Positions 36,565-49,382 of a DNA stretch of 64,000 bases are shown here, piece after piece. Under the pieces are notes generated by a model, which saw only the letters and a program-made list of their open reading frames with translations, had not been told where the DNA came from and did no database searches. How positions within the stretch are numbered: position 1 is the first letter of the stretch; each line of letters opens with the position of its first letter. The DNA is from Prorocentrum cordatum (lineage: Eukaryota), in the NCBI GenBank assembly GCA_963575745.1, contig CAUYUJ010000004.1, forward strand, positions 62,001 through 126,000, given 5' to 3'. The position numbers were made by a program, and so were the translations under genes.

Positions 36565-37389
36565 TCACAATTGCGGGAAGCACGCCCCGCACCGCGGCCA
36601 CGCCGTCACTGGCCACCTGTCCAGGCGGCGGTAAGTGCCCGGCGGGGCCCTGGCCCTAGGGCACGCCGGCCTGTCCTCACCATCCGCGCTCCTGCGGTGA
36701 ATCGTCATGCGGATGGAGTGCTGCACAAACCCGCCGGCTGGGAGGCGTTCATCCAGCTGCTCCGCCGGCAGTGGCTGCGCACCTCTGTCCTCGTCACCAG
36801 CGCCCTCGAGCACCGCGCCCGTGAGCTCCGCGGCCACAGCCACCGAGTGGCACCGAGCGTCGCTATCGGCGTTCTCCGTGGAGGCCATCGACTCACTGGG
36901 GGCGTCCGACAGGACGGCCAGGCCATCAACATCTTCGCGATGCTCTCCGCCGCCACTGGACATTGGCGATGGGGGCCCCGCCGACGGAGACCCCGCCGGC
37001 TGCTCCTGCTCGCTCTCCTGGGCCTCGTTGCCGTTCACGTTCTCCTTCGGCTCCTCTGCGTCCAGCACACACGCGACGCGCCCTCGATGCTCGATCCCGC
37101 GCATCTCGCCGCCTCGACCCTGGCTTCCACCTTCGCCGTCGGGAACTGTTCTCCGCGCACGGCATCAGGGCAGAATGACCCGGCAGCCACGGCATCGAGG
37201 ACGCGCCCCAACCTGCGGAGAGGCGCCGCAAGGGCGTCGCGGGAGTACGTGAGGATGGACGTGGTCCCAGGCTTGACGTGGCCTCCGAGCAGCCGCCGCG
37301 TGCCCTCGTTGAGGCCGAACTTGGCGGCCCACGAGAGGAGCGTGGCCTTCAGCGAATGCGAGCCCACCGCCGCCACGACGGTCGGTTAG
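36565..37389 (-). pseudogene. C-terminal half of a DIRS tyrosine recombinase plus tail, cut off at the inverted repeat
   Basis: GSHSLKATLLSW (HxxR/K box), RRLLGGH, LTYSRD (catalytic Tyr); no N-terminal half. Confidence 0.8.
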
Positions 37390-37395
37390 GACAGG

Positions 37396-37603
37396 TGCGG
37401 AGGCCCGCCTCCCCAGTACCGCTCAATGATTCAATGATGTTGTTCCCCACGGTGCAAAATAATTGCGTGCAATTCCTGACGTTTCGCGTCTTTCCGCCCG
37501 CTCCAGGAGGAGGTGCCCAGGAGGAGCTAGGAGTTAAAGGGAGATTCTTTCAATGCTGTTGTTCTCTGATGTCTGCCGGCGAGGGCCCGGGAGGATGGCG
37601 GAA
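37396..37603. repeat. Right arm of ~208-bp inverted repeat (partner 21392-21599)
   Basis: tgcggaggccc...ggatggcggaa. Confidence 0.93.
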
Positions 37604-38645
37604 ACATATATACACATACAAACATTCATACATACATGCCATGAATACAAACAAACAAACAAACAAACAAACAAACAAGCATACACATGCATCAGTACAT
37701 ACACATACATACACACATGCCTACATACAACAATACATACACACGTACGCCTGCACTTACGTGCGTACGTATGCAGGTACGTACGCACGTACGCATACAC
37801 ATACATACACACATACACAAACACGCATACATATACACATACATACGTACGTACACCCAACCATAACATTCATACATACACACAAACACATATACATACA
37901 CATACACATACACATACACCTACACATACATGCATACACGCATACATGCACACGTGTACACACGCATACAGGCATACATGCATACATGCATACATGCATA
38001 CATACATTTCCTACACACATACATACATGCATGCATGCATACATATTCGCATACGCACATACATACATTCACACAGACGTGCACACATACTATATCTATA
38101 CATACGTACGCACATGCATACATGCATGCATACATACATGCAAACATACATACATGCATGCACATGTGCACGCATACACATACTGAAACATACATATATA
38201 CCTACATGCGTCCATACATACATACATACCTGCATTCATTCATTCACACATACATACATACATACATGCATACACGCATACATACACACATACATGCATA
38301 CATACATACATACATGCATACATAATCAAACATATAACCACATGTACATACATACATACATACATACATACATACATACATACATACATACATACATCCA
38401 TACATACATATATACATACATACATGCATGCATACATATATACATACATACATACACACATGCATACATATACACATACACACACTCTTACGTACATACC
38501 TACCGGCTACCTACCTGCCTACATACATACATACACATTTACACATCCATACACATCCATACACACGTATGGACATACGCATATACATACACACCCATAT
38601 ACGTACTTACGTACGAACGTACGCGCGTGTAGACATACATACATG
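37604..38645. repeat. Degenerate (CATA)n microsatellite
   Basis: catacatacata runs over about 1 kb. Confidence 0.97.
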
Positions 38646-40899
38646 AAGCGCTCGCGTGTGTGCAGTCACAGCGGCCCCGGGCTGCGGGTGGGGGTGTGAG
38701 GGAGACAGGATAGCAGGTGTTCTGTTCGGGGGCATCTTCAGTGGATCTTGTGCTTGTAGAGCTCACATCGTGGAGAGTCCACAACACAACGGCGTTAAAA
38801 CTTTTAAAATTACTTTTGCATGCGGACCTGCAGCTGCATTGCAGGGGTCCGATGGCATTTTGGCTCTATGATCTTGGTAGGCGTGTGTTCTCACGCTTGT
38901 AAGCAGGGGGTCTGTTGCACCTGTCATCTTGAGGCCGCCCACCTGTCTTTTGGAATACGCAATGGCAACTTCGCGATGGAGGCATTGACGCCGCCGTCGG
39001 ACGAGATTGACGCCTTGGAGTTCGTCAAGGTGAAGCAGGATAGCTGGGCAAAGGTCGCAACGAGACTTCGCCGACATGCAGCTCCTTGCGGCCGTGGACG
39101 TTGGCGACTACCTCGAGGCGGTGTCGTCGGCAACTGCAGGCGGTGGCGGCCTGGTGCGGACGAGGCTGGTGCTTCTCTTTCACGTGGCCCGGCGATCGGC
39201 GGGACTGCCGCTGATCAGTGGGTCCGAGGCTGCGTCGCGTGCGCCCAGGGGCGGCGGCGCAAGCGCGCCCGCGCCGCCCTGCCCTGCGCAGGCGCCAGTG
39301 ATCGCAACGGTCGCCTCCTGGAGTGGAGCAGTCGAGTCTGCGACGGGGTCCATCCTCCGTGTGAGAGACTTCTTCGATCAAGAGTCCCGGCTCACGGTGG
39401 CACCCTTGGACGAGCCTGCCCTCGAGCAGATGCGGGGGGCGCAGGCTGGCCGTCAGCTCGCCGCCGCTGCCCCGCGAGCTGGCGCCGAGTGACAACCAGC
39501 TGGCAATGATCAAGCGGATCGCGGGCGCAGGGCTCAACCCTTTGGCGTTCGACGTGGCGATATGGGGGCCGAGCGGCGGCCGCCGTGAGCGGCGCCTCAT
39601 GTTGGCGATGCACCACACGTGCGCTTTAGGGACGTACGTCCCGCGCAAGGTGCCGGGGCCGTCTTGTCTGGATGACAGGATTGCAGCGTGGGCGTTCGCC
39701 GTGCCCACGTTGGTGATGGCCGACGGGGTGGAGCGCGGCGTGGCGGACGCATACGCCAGGAACTTCAAGCGGCTCGCCGAGCTCCACCTTCCGGCGTGGT
39801 GGGTGGCCGCGGTGGCCGAGTGGGGGTTCCGCTTCGAGTCTGTGCCAGACGAGTTCAGGAGGCAGCGGGCCTTCCACAGGAGCTCTCCAGGGCTGAGCGC
39901 GTTCGAGCCTGAGCGCCCGTACAACTCGATTTCGTTGGCCGCCGTCGAGGGTTTCGAGGGCATGGCCTTCTGGGACCAGCACCACTCAGCACCACCCATG
40001 AGTTGGGAAACCGCGGGGCAAGCAGCGTGGACGCCGTCGTGCACGCGTCGGCAGGAGATCTTCTACACCCCGGCACAGCCCGCCTTGCCAGCGCAGTGGG
40101 GTCAGCGGCGACGCCGCCCAGGGCCAGGGGCGCGGCGCAAGCCAGGCAGGGTGGCGCCAAGAAGATGCAGGAGAGCACCGAGTGGAGCAATTGGGTCAAC
40201 CAGAGGCGCGATGACGGCCGGCTCCTCCGCGCAGAGAATGGCCAGGACATTTGTTTCGAATGCAGCCGCAATGAGGGCGGGTGCGCAACCCCATGTGCCG
40301 GCCATCCGCCCAGGGTCCATTGCTGCGAGTGGTGCCGCCAGCCACGCCGCAGCGTCGGGTGCCCGACCCATCCGGGGTGGAAGCCGAATTCTACAGGCAA
40401 GGGCGGCGGCGAGAGAAAGGGGGGCAAGGCAAAGAGCGCGCGCATGTGAGGCCAGGCCGCGGCCAGCGCTGGCGAGGGTTGTGGGGCAAGTCAAGGGGCG
40501 GAGGCAGCAAGCCATGTTGGCAGAAACCTGGCTCCTGAATGCTCTGCAGTGTGTCGGGGGGGCCCCGCACCTCGTCTCAACGATTGCTTTTGCTCGTCTG
40601 CCGCGGCGGCCCCGCCTGGGTTTGATGGACGGCTCGCGCTGGGGGCGGCTGCTGCTGCGGCTCTGGCGGTTGTTGCTAGCGCTCTTCCGGATCGCGCCCG
40701 GCCGCTTAAGCCTGGCCGCCGCATTGGGGGTCCGCGGCGGGGAGGCGCGGCGCCCGTGGCCGGGCTGCTCGCCGCGCCCAGGGCCCGCCGCAAGCCGCGG
40801 GGCGAGCGGTTGGCTTCGCGGCGCCCGCCAGGGCCTCCCCGGCGCCTGGCCGACGGGCGGGCGCTGCAGCAGCCCCTCGGCCAGCGCTTCGCCGAGGCG

Positions 40900-41540
40900 G
40901 CTATCGGCGCCGCCAGGTGTTCCCTCGGCAGTCCCGAAGGTTGGCGCGGAAGTGGGCGCTCTCACAGTGAAGGGGGCCCGATCGCGCGCTGGCCTCGGGG
41001 TCTGACGCGTTGGCCTCGTCGGGCCTCCGCGACCTCTCGCGGCGGATCCACCGCCGCAAGCGTCGGTGGATCAATTTCGCACTGCCGCGTCGCGCCTTCT
41101 TTCTCGCGGGCTCGGTGGCGTAGCCTGCGCGCCCGAGCGGATGCGCCGACCCCGGTGCGTCACCGAAGACAACGCCTTGGCAGTCCGCGCAGTGCGTCTG
41201 GCGAAGGCGCAAGTCCGGGCAGGTGGATTATTTTCTTCGAGGGCCCAGAGAGGTCGCAAATGCGCGAGTTCGCGGAGTGCCCGTCGCTCGCGCAGTTGCC
41301 GGGCGCGCTCGCCGTCATCGGGGGCCAGTGCTGCTTCGGGGGCCAGTGTAGGAAGGAGGCGAAGTGGGTGGCGAACGCCCTGCGGCGTAGGCAGCTCGGC
41401 GCGCGATGCCTGGGGCCGCCCGCGCGTCCGCCCCGCCCCCTTCGGAAGGGGCTCGCGGCGAGGGCGGGCGGATCGCCGCGCTGCAGGATCGAGCTGGCAG
41501 CGGAGTGCCCGCGGGGCTTGTGCGAGGCAGTGGCCGGGCC
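40900..41540 (+). pseudogene. Degenerate C5 DNA methyltransferase-like domain of the second DIRS
   Basis: FFEGPERS (ENP-like), GQCCFGGQCRKEAKWVAN (DQCxFG..RKxT-like) and LAAECPRGLCEAVA, paralleling the motifs at 28400-29030. Confidence 0.5.
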
Positions 41541-42133
41541 AGGGCGTGCGCGGCAGATCGCTCGTCGCCGCCGTCGGTCACGACGGTTATCTTCGACGAG
41601 CGCGGCGCCCGCGACCCGATGCTGGCGCCCAGTCGGAGGGCCGAGCGGGGGGCTGCCATTGAGATGGCGCTGGGCGGATTGCGAGTCCCACGCTTGTCGG
41701 TGGCCCGCGCCCGAGGCTGGCGTCGGAAAGGGGCATGGGCGGCCTTGGCGCCCATCGTCGCTGACAGAGATGTGGCAGCGCTGCAGGAGGCCGGCGCAGT
41801 CGTGGATTTCCTGGGGACTGAGTAGAACGCGGGCTTCCCGGCGGCGGCGGCGGAGCGCGACCGCGGGGCTTTGGCGCTCCTGCGGGCGAACCGCCGCGCC
41901 GATCACCGACGCCCCGTCGGACCTGCAGGCGCGCCCCCTGGCGGCCGCGCTGACGGCGGCGGGCGATCCAGACGTCTTGCTCGGGCAGTGGGCCGCCGGC
42001 GCAACGCCCGTGGGAATCGGCCGGGACATCCCCGCCCGTGGTGCATTCTTGGCCATGGGCGAGCCGTGCAAGTGCACGGGGGTGGCTCGGGCCGAGTCGG
42101 CGCCGCGGCCTGCTGCGCGGGGGTCCACAATTG

Positions 42134-43070
42134 TTTACGCGTCGCGAATCCCCGCCAGCCCATTCAGGAACCCTGCCTTCGAGAGCTGACGGGACATGGA
42201 GAGAAGAGACGCACATAGTGAAACAGAGCGCGCAAGGATAGGAGAGGGGGGAGGGCGTTGAGCCATCTTGGAGGCCATCGTGGAGCATCGGAGGCCTTTT
42301 TGGACCTACGGGGCTGCATCGGGGATATCGGGGCCCCCCTGGAGTTCTTGCAGGGCTTCTTGGGGCCTTCTTGGGGCTCTCCTGGGGGTCTCAGGATTAA
42401 ATTGGGGTTGTGGTTATTTTGGGGCGTCTTGGGGCTACCGTGGGGCCCTTCTGGGGCTCTCTCGGGCCCTCTCGGGGCCATCGCGGGGGCTGCGGGGCGC
42501 CTCCTGGGGCCATCTTGGAGACCGTCGACCAACGGAGGGGGGGGTCTTCGAATTGCCCCCCCCCCCCCCCCTGGGCCATCGAAACAGCCCCCCCTGGCGC
42601 TCTCTGGGCCCTTCTGGGGGCGATCTGGGGCGCTCCTGGGGCCGTCTTGGGGGCCTTGGGCCCTTCTTGGAGCTCCCTGGGGCTATCTAGAGGCCATCTT
42701 GAGGCTTCGAATCATCAGTGATTTCCCGATGGCATTTTGAAGGATTTTGGCCTCTCGTGGAGGTCCGGAGGGGTCGCCGACAGCACTTGGAACCGTTTTG
42801 TAGCCTTCTTGGGGCCTCTTGGAGGCATGTCGTTAGCTATCTTGAGCCATGTTGGGGTATCTTGAGCGCTCTCGGAGGCTATGCCCTCTTGGAGCCATGC
42901 TGCGCGACAAAAAAAACACCCACTGACACCTCGCGGCCCCCCCCCGCCCAGGTCCAGGGGCGGGTGGGTGGGTGGGGGGGGGGCAAGCCTCTCCCCGAAG
43001 GCGAAGGCGGGTTTTTGGAGGAGGGAGGAACGACGTCGTCAGACAGCTCGTCGCCCAGAGGGCTGGCGGG
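42134..43070. mobile_element. ~0.94-kb non-coding insertion in the DIRS RT with short asymmetric inverted repeats
   Basis: ATTG duplicated at 42130-42133 and 43071-43074; removal restores cac aat tgc gcg tcc tac (HN[Y>C]ASY); aatccccgccagccc (42147-42161) vs gggctggcgggatt (43060-43073); interior rich in cttggggcc. Confidence 0.7.
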
Positions 43071-46000
43071 ATTGCGCGTCCTACGAGGAGTGCGCGGCCG
43101 AGGCCGACGCTGCTTTGAAGCCCGAGCGGGGCGCGGGGCGTTTAATCTGGCGGGGGGCGATCGAGGAAGTGGAAGAGATTTCCAGGAGATGCCGCCTGTC
43201 CAAGGTGGCTGCGCTGGCAAAGCTGAGGACGTCTGGGAAGTTGAAAATCCGGCTCGTCCACGATCTCCGCCGCGCCGGTGTCAATTCCCTGGCGAGAGTC
43301 CCGGAGTGGGTCGTTTTGCCTAGGCTTGACGACGCCGCCCAGCCCCTCAGGATGGCTGGCCGCGTCGCCCGGCGCCGCGGCCGGGTCGCCACCTGAGATT
43401 CGGATTTCGCGGGCGCTTTCAAGCAGCTCCGCGCGCGCCCGGGTTAGAGACGCACCTCTGCGGCGCCGCCCGCGTCGACGGCCAGCGTGACTTCCCCCAG
43501 CGCCTCGCGGTCACGTTCGGGCACGTCGCTGGGCCGTTGGCGCGGGGCAGGGTTGCGGCAGCGCTGATGCAGGCGTCTGCTGCCGCGGTGCCCGCTCCGG
43601 AAGCCCACTTGCAGTGTTGCGTCGACGACCCGTTGGTGGTCCTCGTCGGTGAGCCTGAGGCGCGTTCGCTGGCTGTCTCGACGCCCCCCCTCCCGTGGGG
43701 TGCCCGCGGTTTCCGTGCAGCGCGGGCGAAGGGCAAGCGCGGTTGGTCGGCCGCGTGGCTCGGCGCGGAGATGAGATGCGCCGTCAAGGGGGCCGCGCCC
43801 GCGCCGCCCTCGTCGCCGTCGCGGAGGACCGGGCCGAGAAACTCCTCAGCGGGGCTCGGCGCTTCGTCGAGCTGCCGCTGATCCAGCGCCGCGATCTGCG
43901 GGCGCTCGCGGGGCTTGCCTCTGGGTCTCCTCCGTCGCTCCAGCCTTGCGCGGCTTCGCGCGCATGATCAGGGCCGAAGTGTCGGCTCCGCCAGTGGCCG
44001 GCGAGACGGAGGCCGTCCTTCTTCTGCGCGAAAGGGTCTTTCTGGCTTTGTCTTGGATGCTCCGCCTCTCGAGGCGGTGGATGGGCCGCCTTCCGAGGGC
44101 CTCCTGCGTCGACGATCACCTCGTTGACTTCGTCATCGGCTTCGAAGCGAGAACCACTGGCGTCGGCGCGTGTTTCTCTCGCGACGGTGGCAAGCACTTC
44201 CACGGCTTCTACTGCGCGGTCTGGGGCGCCAGCGACGAGGTCGCCATGGGCGCCCCCAAGGAGGATCTGGGCAGCCAGCCGCTATGGGAGGCCTACGCCC
44301 TCTCGCGGGCCATCACCGCGCGGCCCATTTTCATCGGCGATGCCGATGGCCAGATCGGACTCAGCGGCGACGCATCCGGCGCCCCGCAGAGCGTTGTGCG
44401 CCAGAAGGCGAGTCGCGCTCTTCAATGCCATCGTCATCGAGGCGCAGCTGGAGCTCGGGGCCGGCGCGGGCAACCTGACAGCCGCTCTACTACTGGTCGG
44501 AGGACGACAACGACGTGGCCGACAACCCTCCCAGGGTGGGCGAGGGCGCCGCGATCCCGAGGTCCTTCAGTGCAGCATGCCCTCGCGGCCGGTCCGCCGC
44601 CAGCCTTGGGCCCTCCTCGGGGGCGGTCGCCCCAGGTCGCGCCGGGGGCGTGGTCGCCAGCGTGGTCGCGCTGGCAAGCGGGGGTGGGCCGCGCTGTGAG
44701 CGCCGCTCGAGGTGCAGGCGCGCAGTCTGTGCAGGCTGCTGGCGGGCGGCATGGGCATGCTGCGAGCGGTGCCGGAGCCCGCCTTCGTGTTTGCAGTGGC
44801 GTCTGGGTGGGATCTTACATAAAAGTCGTGGGCGCGGGTAGGGCTCGTCGCCGCTCTGGGCGCGGGCGCGCCCGCCCTGGGGCCCGGCCGTGCTGCGCGC
44901 GCCGGCCGGCTCCTCCTCCCGCCCCCAGCTGGTCGGCAGGGCGCCTCGCGTGTTTCTTGGTGTTGCCGCGTCGGCGCGGCTGTGCCCGCGTGGATCGGCC
45001 GCGCTGCGCGGGCCGGCCTTCTCCCTTTCGCCCCCCCTGCTGGTCGGCGGGGCACCCGCGCCCGTGCGCTTCGAGCATCGGGCGGCGCCCGATCCAGCGG
45101 CTGTGGCTGTTTAGCATGCTTTCTAGGTCTGGCCGTGGCATCTGCAGCCGCCGCGCGGCATCTCGCTTTCAGTCGGGGCCGTGGTCATGTCGACGCATGC
45201 GGGGGGTGGTGGCGAGGGTCGAGCGATGGCGCCGGGCTCCGCGCTGGGGCGGGCTCGCGCCGGGGCTGCCGCGATTCGTCGGGAGCGCGCGCTCGCAGGG
45301 CCGAGCTGGAAGGCGCCGACGAGGGCCCGGCAATCTGCCATCCTGGCGTCGCGTCTCGCTTGTAGGCGCCCGCGCTCGCCAGGAGGCGGCGGGCGTCGGC
45401 GGCGCGCGACGCGCGGGCCTCCCCGCGGCGGGCCGCAGCTCCTCCGCGGGCGGGGGTGGCCCGGCAGAGGGCGAGTCGGGGTCGGAGTCGAGCGGCGGAG
45501 ACGCGCCCAGAATCGTTTCTGCGGCGCCCTCCAAGCCAATCGCGTGCCGGAAGGGTTGCCTTGCGCCCGGCTGGATGCGCCAGAGGGTGGGGGGCGCCCG
45601 CGCTCTTGGAAGGGGGCGGCGAGGAGCGACGGGCGCCCTTGGTGCGACCTGGCTCCAGCGCGGCGGCCGCGCAGGAAGGGCTCGGTCAAGGGGTTGGGCG
45701 CCGTCGCCAACGATGCCGGCGCAGTGGGGGCGCGGGGGCGCGCCGTCTTCGCGAGGCACCAATGGCGCCAATGGCGCCAGTGGCACCAATGGCACCAATG
45801 AGCAGGGGCTCGCGGATGTCCTGACACCACTGGTGCCATGGGCGCTGCGACGCGCGGGGGCTCGCCCCCTTCCCGCTCAGTGCGGAGCTGGTGGAATTCG
45901 TGGGGGCGCTCCTGAGGCGCGGCTGCAATTGGAGTGGGGCTGCCTGCATCTCGGCGGCGAAGCGCCGGCACGTCCAGTTAGGGCGCCCATGGGCGGGCCA

Positions 46001-47584
46001 GTTGAAGCTGGCCTGCAGCGATGCCGCCTGGACGCTGGAAACAGGCGTGGGCCCGGCGAGGCAGGCGGACCCATTGCCCGCCAATCGGTTGCGAAGTCGA
46101 GATGCGTTGGGCCAAATTTGGCGCGGGGGCCAGGATGCATGGCCAGCGGCGGGCGTCGATGTCATGGTCACTTCAGCAGCTTGGATGTTTCGCGAGATCG
46201 AGCCCTCCGCCGCGATGGTCCAGCACGTCGTTTTCGTCGGCCCCATGGGCGAGGGGGAGAGGCCACGCGGCTGCGCGGAGTGGCTCTTGCCCGCCTCCAC
46301 AGCAGACGTGCGGGCTTTGGGGGGGGAGCTCTGCCTTGGCTGTGCGTGCCCAGCACCCCGATGCCTGGCGGCTGCCCTGCGCCGCGTGGTCGGCGCCTCC
46401 TTGGAGGCCGGGGCCAAGGCGCGGCGCGACGAGCAAGGGCGCTACTGGCTGGAGGGCCAGTGGATCCCTGAAGAGCAGCGGCCCCTCATATCGGAGGGAC
46501 TCGGCCCGTGTCGAAGGATAGCATGGTCAAGTTCTATCGTGGGGCGGCGGAGCTGATGTGCGTCAGTGGCCTTCGCATCGCGGGCTACTCTGCGCGGGCG
46601 GCTGGGGCGCAATGCGTGGCCGCTGTCTACCCAGTATCCGTGGTGCAGATGTTTGGAAGATGGGGGGTTCGGCGGTGCTGAGGTATGCGAGGGGCGCCGC
46701 CCTCGGCCCCCGAAGTGGCGGTATCTCCGAGCTCGTGACGGCGTTCACGACAGACTTTTGCAGGGGTCGGGCAATATGGCCAAGATCATGGGGGGCGTTT
46801 TGCGGCAGGGTATCAAGTCCATCGTCGATTGCCACGCTGGCGCCCTCGTGGAGAGCTGCCCCCCGGGTGCGTGGCCGAGTTCGCCCCGGCCGCGGAGGCA
46901 GCGGAACGCGCCTTGAAGGCGCTGCGGGAGGACGTGGCGTTCGTGCAGGGAGATGTGGCGGTGCTGGCGGGGCAGGGCCCCCCGCGTGCGTCGAGTGCGT
47001 GGACGGCGAGCTGCGCGTGGCCGCGAGCATGATCTCCACGCGCTGCGGCTGGGACTGGGCTGCCTGTGGCGGCGTGGCAGCGACGTCTTCAACGTGGGCT
47101 GCGATACCACGAAGCAGGGACGCCGTTAGTGTGGCAAGTTTGCAGACGCCGCCGTGGCGCAAGCGGGGGGGATTCGGTAGGGCCTTGGTGCCCTGTTCTG
47201 GGGATTGGCGGCGTGTGCTTCCCTTTGGGGCCGCTGGCGGTCGCGGCGCTTCCGCTGCTGGTTGTCTCTTTGCTCCTTCTGGAATGGCGCGACCCCGTGG
47301 TGGGCGCGGAGCCAGGCCCAGAGAGGGAGCGCGCGGTGGCGCGCACGCGTAATCCGCGCCGGCAACGCCGGCCAGTTTATGAGAGACGATAGCTTGCACC
47401 AGCGCGTTGTGTAGCAAAGGTGCCGTGCACATCGTCGTCCCCCCTCGCCTCTGCTGTGTCGCCCTCGAGCCGGAATTCGTTGCGTATCTGTTGCGTCTGA
47501 GGCTCCTTTCCCTGCACCCTCCTCTCGCCGTGGCCTTGTCCCAGGGCGGTGCAGATGATGCGCCGGCATGTTGCGCGATGCGCG

Positions 47585-47704
47585 TATATGCATCCATGCG
47601 CACGCACGCACGTACGCACATACGCACACACCTTAATACATGCATACGTACGCGTACATACATACATACATAAATGCATGCGTGCAAACATGCACACATA
47701 AACA

Positions 47705-47735
<31 letters not shown>

Positions 47736-47754
47736 CATACATACATACATACAT

Positions 47755-47797
<43 letters not shown>

Positions 47798-48685
47798 TAC
47801 ATACGTACATACATACAGACATACAACCATACAACCATACATACATACATACATACATACACACATACATACGTACACATATACACCCATACATGCATAC
47901 ATACACGGGTAAGTATGTACGCACGCACGTACTTGCACACATACGTGCGCGTGCGCACGTGCGCACGCACATACGTTCATACGTACATCCATACATACAT
48001 ACACCCGTACGTACAAACATACATACGTGAGTATGCACGTACATACACATATACGTACATACGCATCCACGTACATCCATACGTACGTGCGTACGTACTT
48101 ACGTACAGACATACATACATATACGCACACATCTACATACATGCATACATACATATCTACATGCATTACTCCATTCGCACATGCACATACATGCATACAC
48201 ACATACATAGATACATACGCACAGCCATCTACACACATGTTCGTATGTACGCACATACATCCGGACACATATTCGGATACACATATATACATTCTCACGT
48301 ACATGCACACATACATACATACATACGTATGCACGCACGTACATGCGTATATTAGCATATATCTACATACTTACATACATACATACGTGCATGCATACAT
48401 CCACACACATACATACATACACATACGTGCGCACATGTATTGATATATACATGCATGCATACATACATGCATACACACATGTACACATACACATATTCAT
48501 TATTTCACCCACGTACATACATACATACATACATACATACGCACATACACATACCAATCCCTACATATTGAAATCCATGCAAACATGCATTCATGCATGC
48601 GCCCGTACATGCGCACGTGGATGCATTATATATGAATGCATTCTTATTTATAATGTACACGTACGTGCATACATGTATCTATGCG

Positions 48686-48753
<68 letters not shown>

Positions 48754-48910
48754 GGGAGAGAAAGAGAGAGAGATAGAGAGAGAAACACAATACAATAAAT
48801 AGCGATAGGGAATGATAACGATAGAGTGATATATACATGCATATACATATATATATGTGTGAGAGAGACCCAACAAACAAACGATACATATAGAGAGAGA
48901 GAGAGAGAAA
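47585..48910. repeat. (CATA)n/(CAGA)n microsatellite followed by (GA)n
   Basis: Directly visible. Confidence 0.97.
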
Positions 48911-49361
48911 ACAACAAACGAGAACCATGCTATACTTCTACCGACATCTTCTGCGAGTGGCGCACGCGCGCCTCCATGTGCGTGCGCCTTTAGCGGGGTG
49001 ATGTGGCCCATCCGCCGCCTCCTCCTCCTCCTCCTCCTCCTCCTCCTCCTCTTCCGGCCCCAGTGGGGAGGCAGGGCTGTGGCACGACGAATCACAGGGG
49101 ATTTTGACAGAAGCGCGTAGGTCACCTGAGTGGGTGCTCTGACGTTGTGCCCCTTTTATGCGGATGTCCTCGTCCTTGTCCTCCTCATCCTCCTCCTCCT
49201 CCTTCTCCTCCTCCTCCTCTTCCTTTTTCCTCGTCCACCCTCTTCTCCTACTCCTTTGGTTCCTTTTCCGCCCTCCTCCGCCCCCCTCCTCCTCCTCCGC
49301 CCTCTGCCTCCTCCTGCTCCTCCTCCCCCGCCCTCCTCCATCTTCTCCTTCCCCCCCCTTC

Positions 49362-49382
49362 CCGTTGCCATTTTGGCTCAAG
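49362..49382 (+). other. Genomic copy of the dinoflagellate spliced leader
   Basis: CCGTTGCCATTTTGGCTCAAG is 20/21 identical to CCGTAGCCATTTTGGCTCAAG; followed by AT, so no GT donor. Confidence 0.92.

Larger units (their letters stand above)
21392..37603 (-). mobile_element. Inverted-repeat-bounded unit containing a DIRS-type (tyrosine recombinase) retroelement with a nested copia insertion
   Basis: Minus-strand order: IR, YR C-terminal half, spacer, gag, [copia], RT/RNase H, IR. Confidence 0.8.
38848..47400 (+). mobile_element. Heavily degenerate DIRS-type retroelement: gag, DNMT-like, RT, RNase H, YR (ends approximate)
   Basis: gag from 38976 with ICFEC..C..H.C..C (~40250-40370); RT AGDPDVLL, KIRLVHDLRRAGVN, VVLPRLDD, DFA(G)AFKQL, Q(C)VDDPL (43618); RH WEAYAL, NDVADN; YR WMFREIE, LPASTAD, GCAC and GYSARAAGAQ..MFGRWG-SAVLRY (~46580-46690). 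Confidence 0.8.

Noticed and set aside
37534..38699. Many His/Thr/Tyr- or Met/Cys/Val-rich ORFs here and in the other microsatellites
   Set aside because: They are translations of simple repeats, open in several frames.
49362..49382. SL RNA gene
   Set aside because: No GT donor or SL intron after the exon; it runs straight into LINE sequence.
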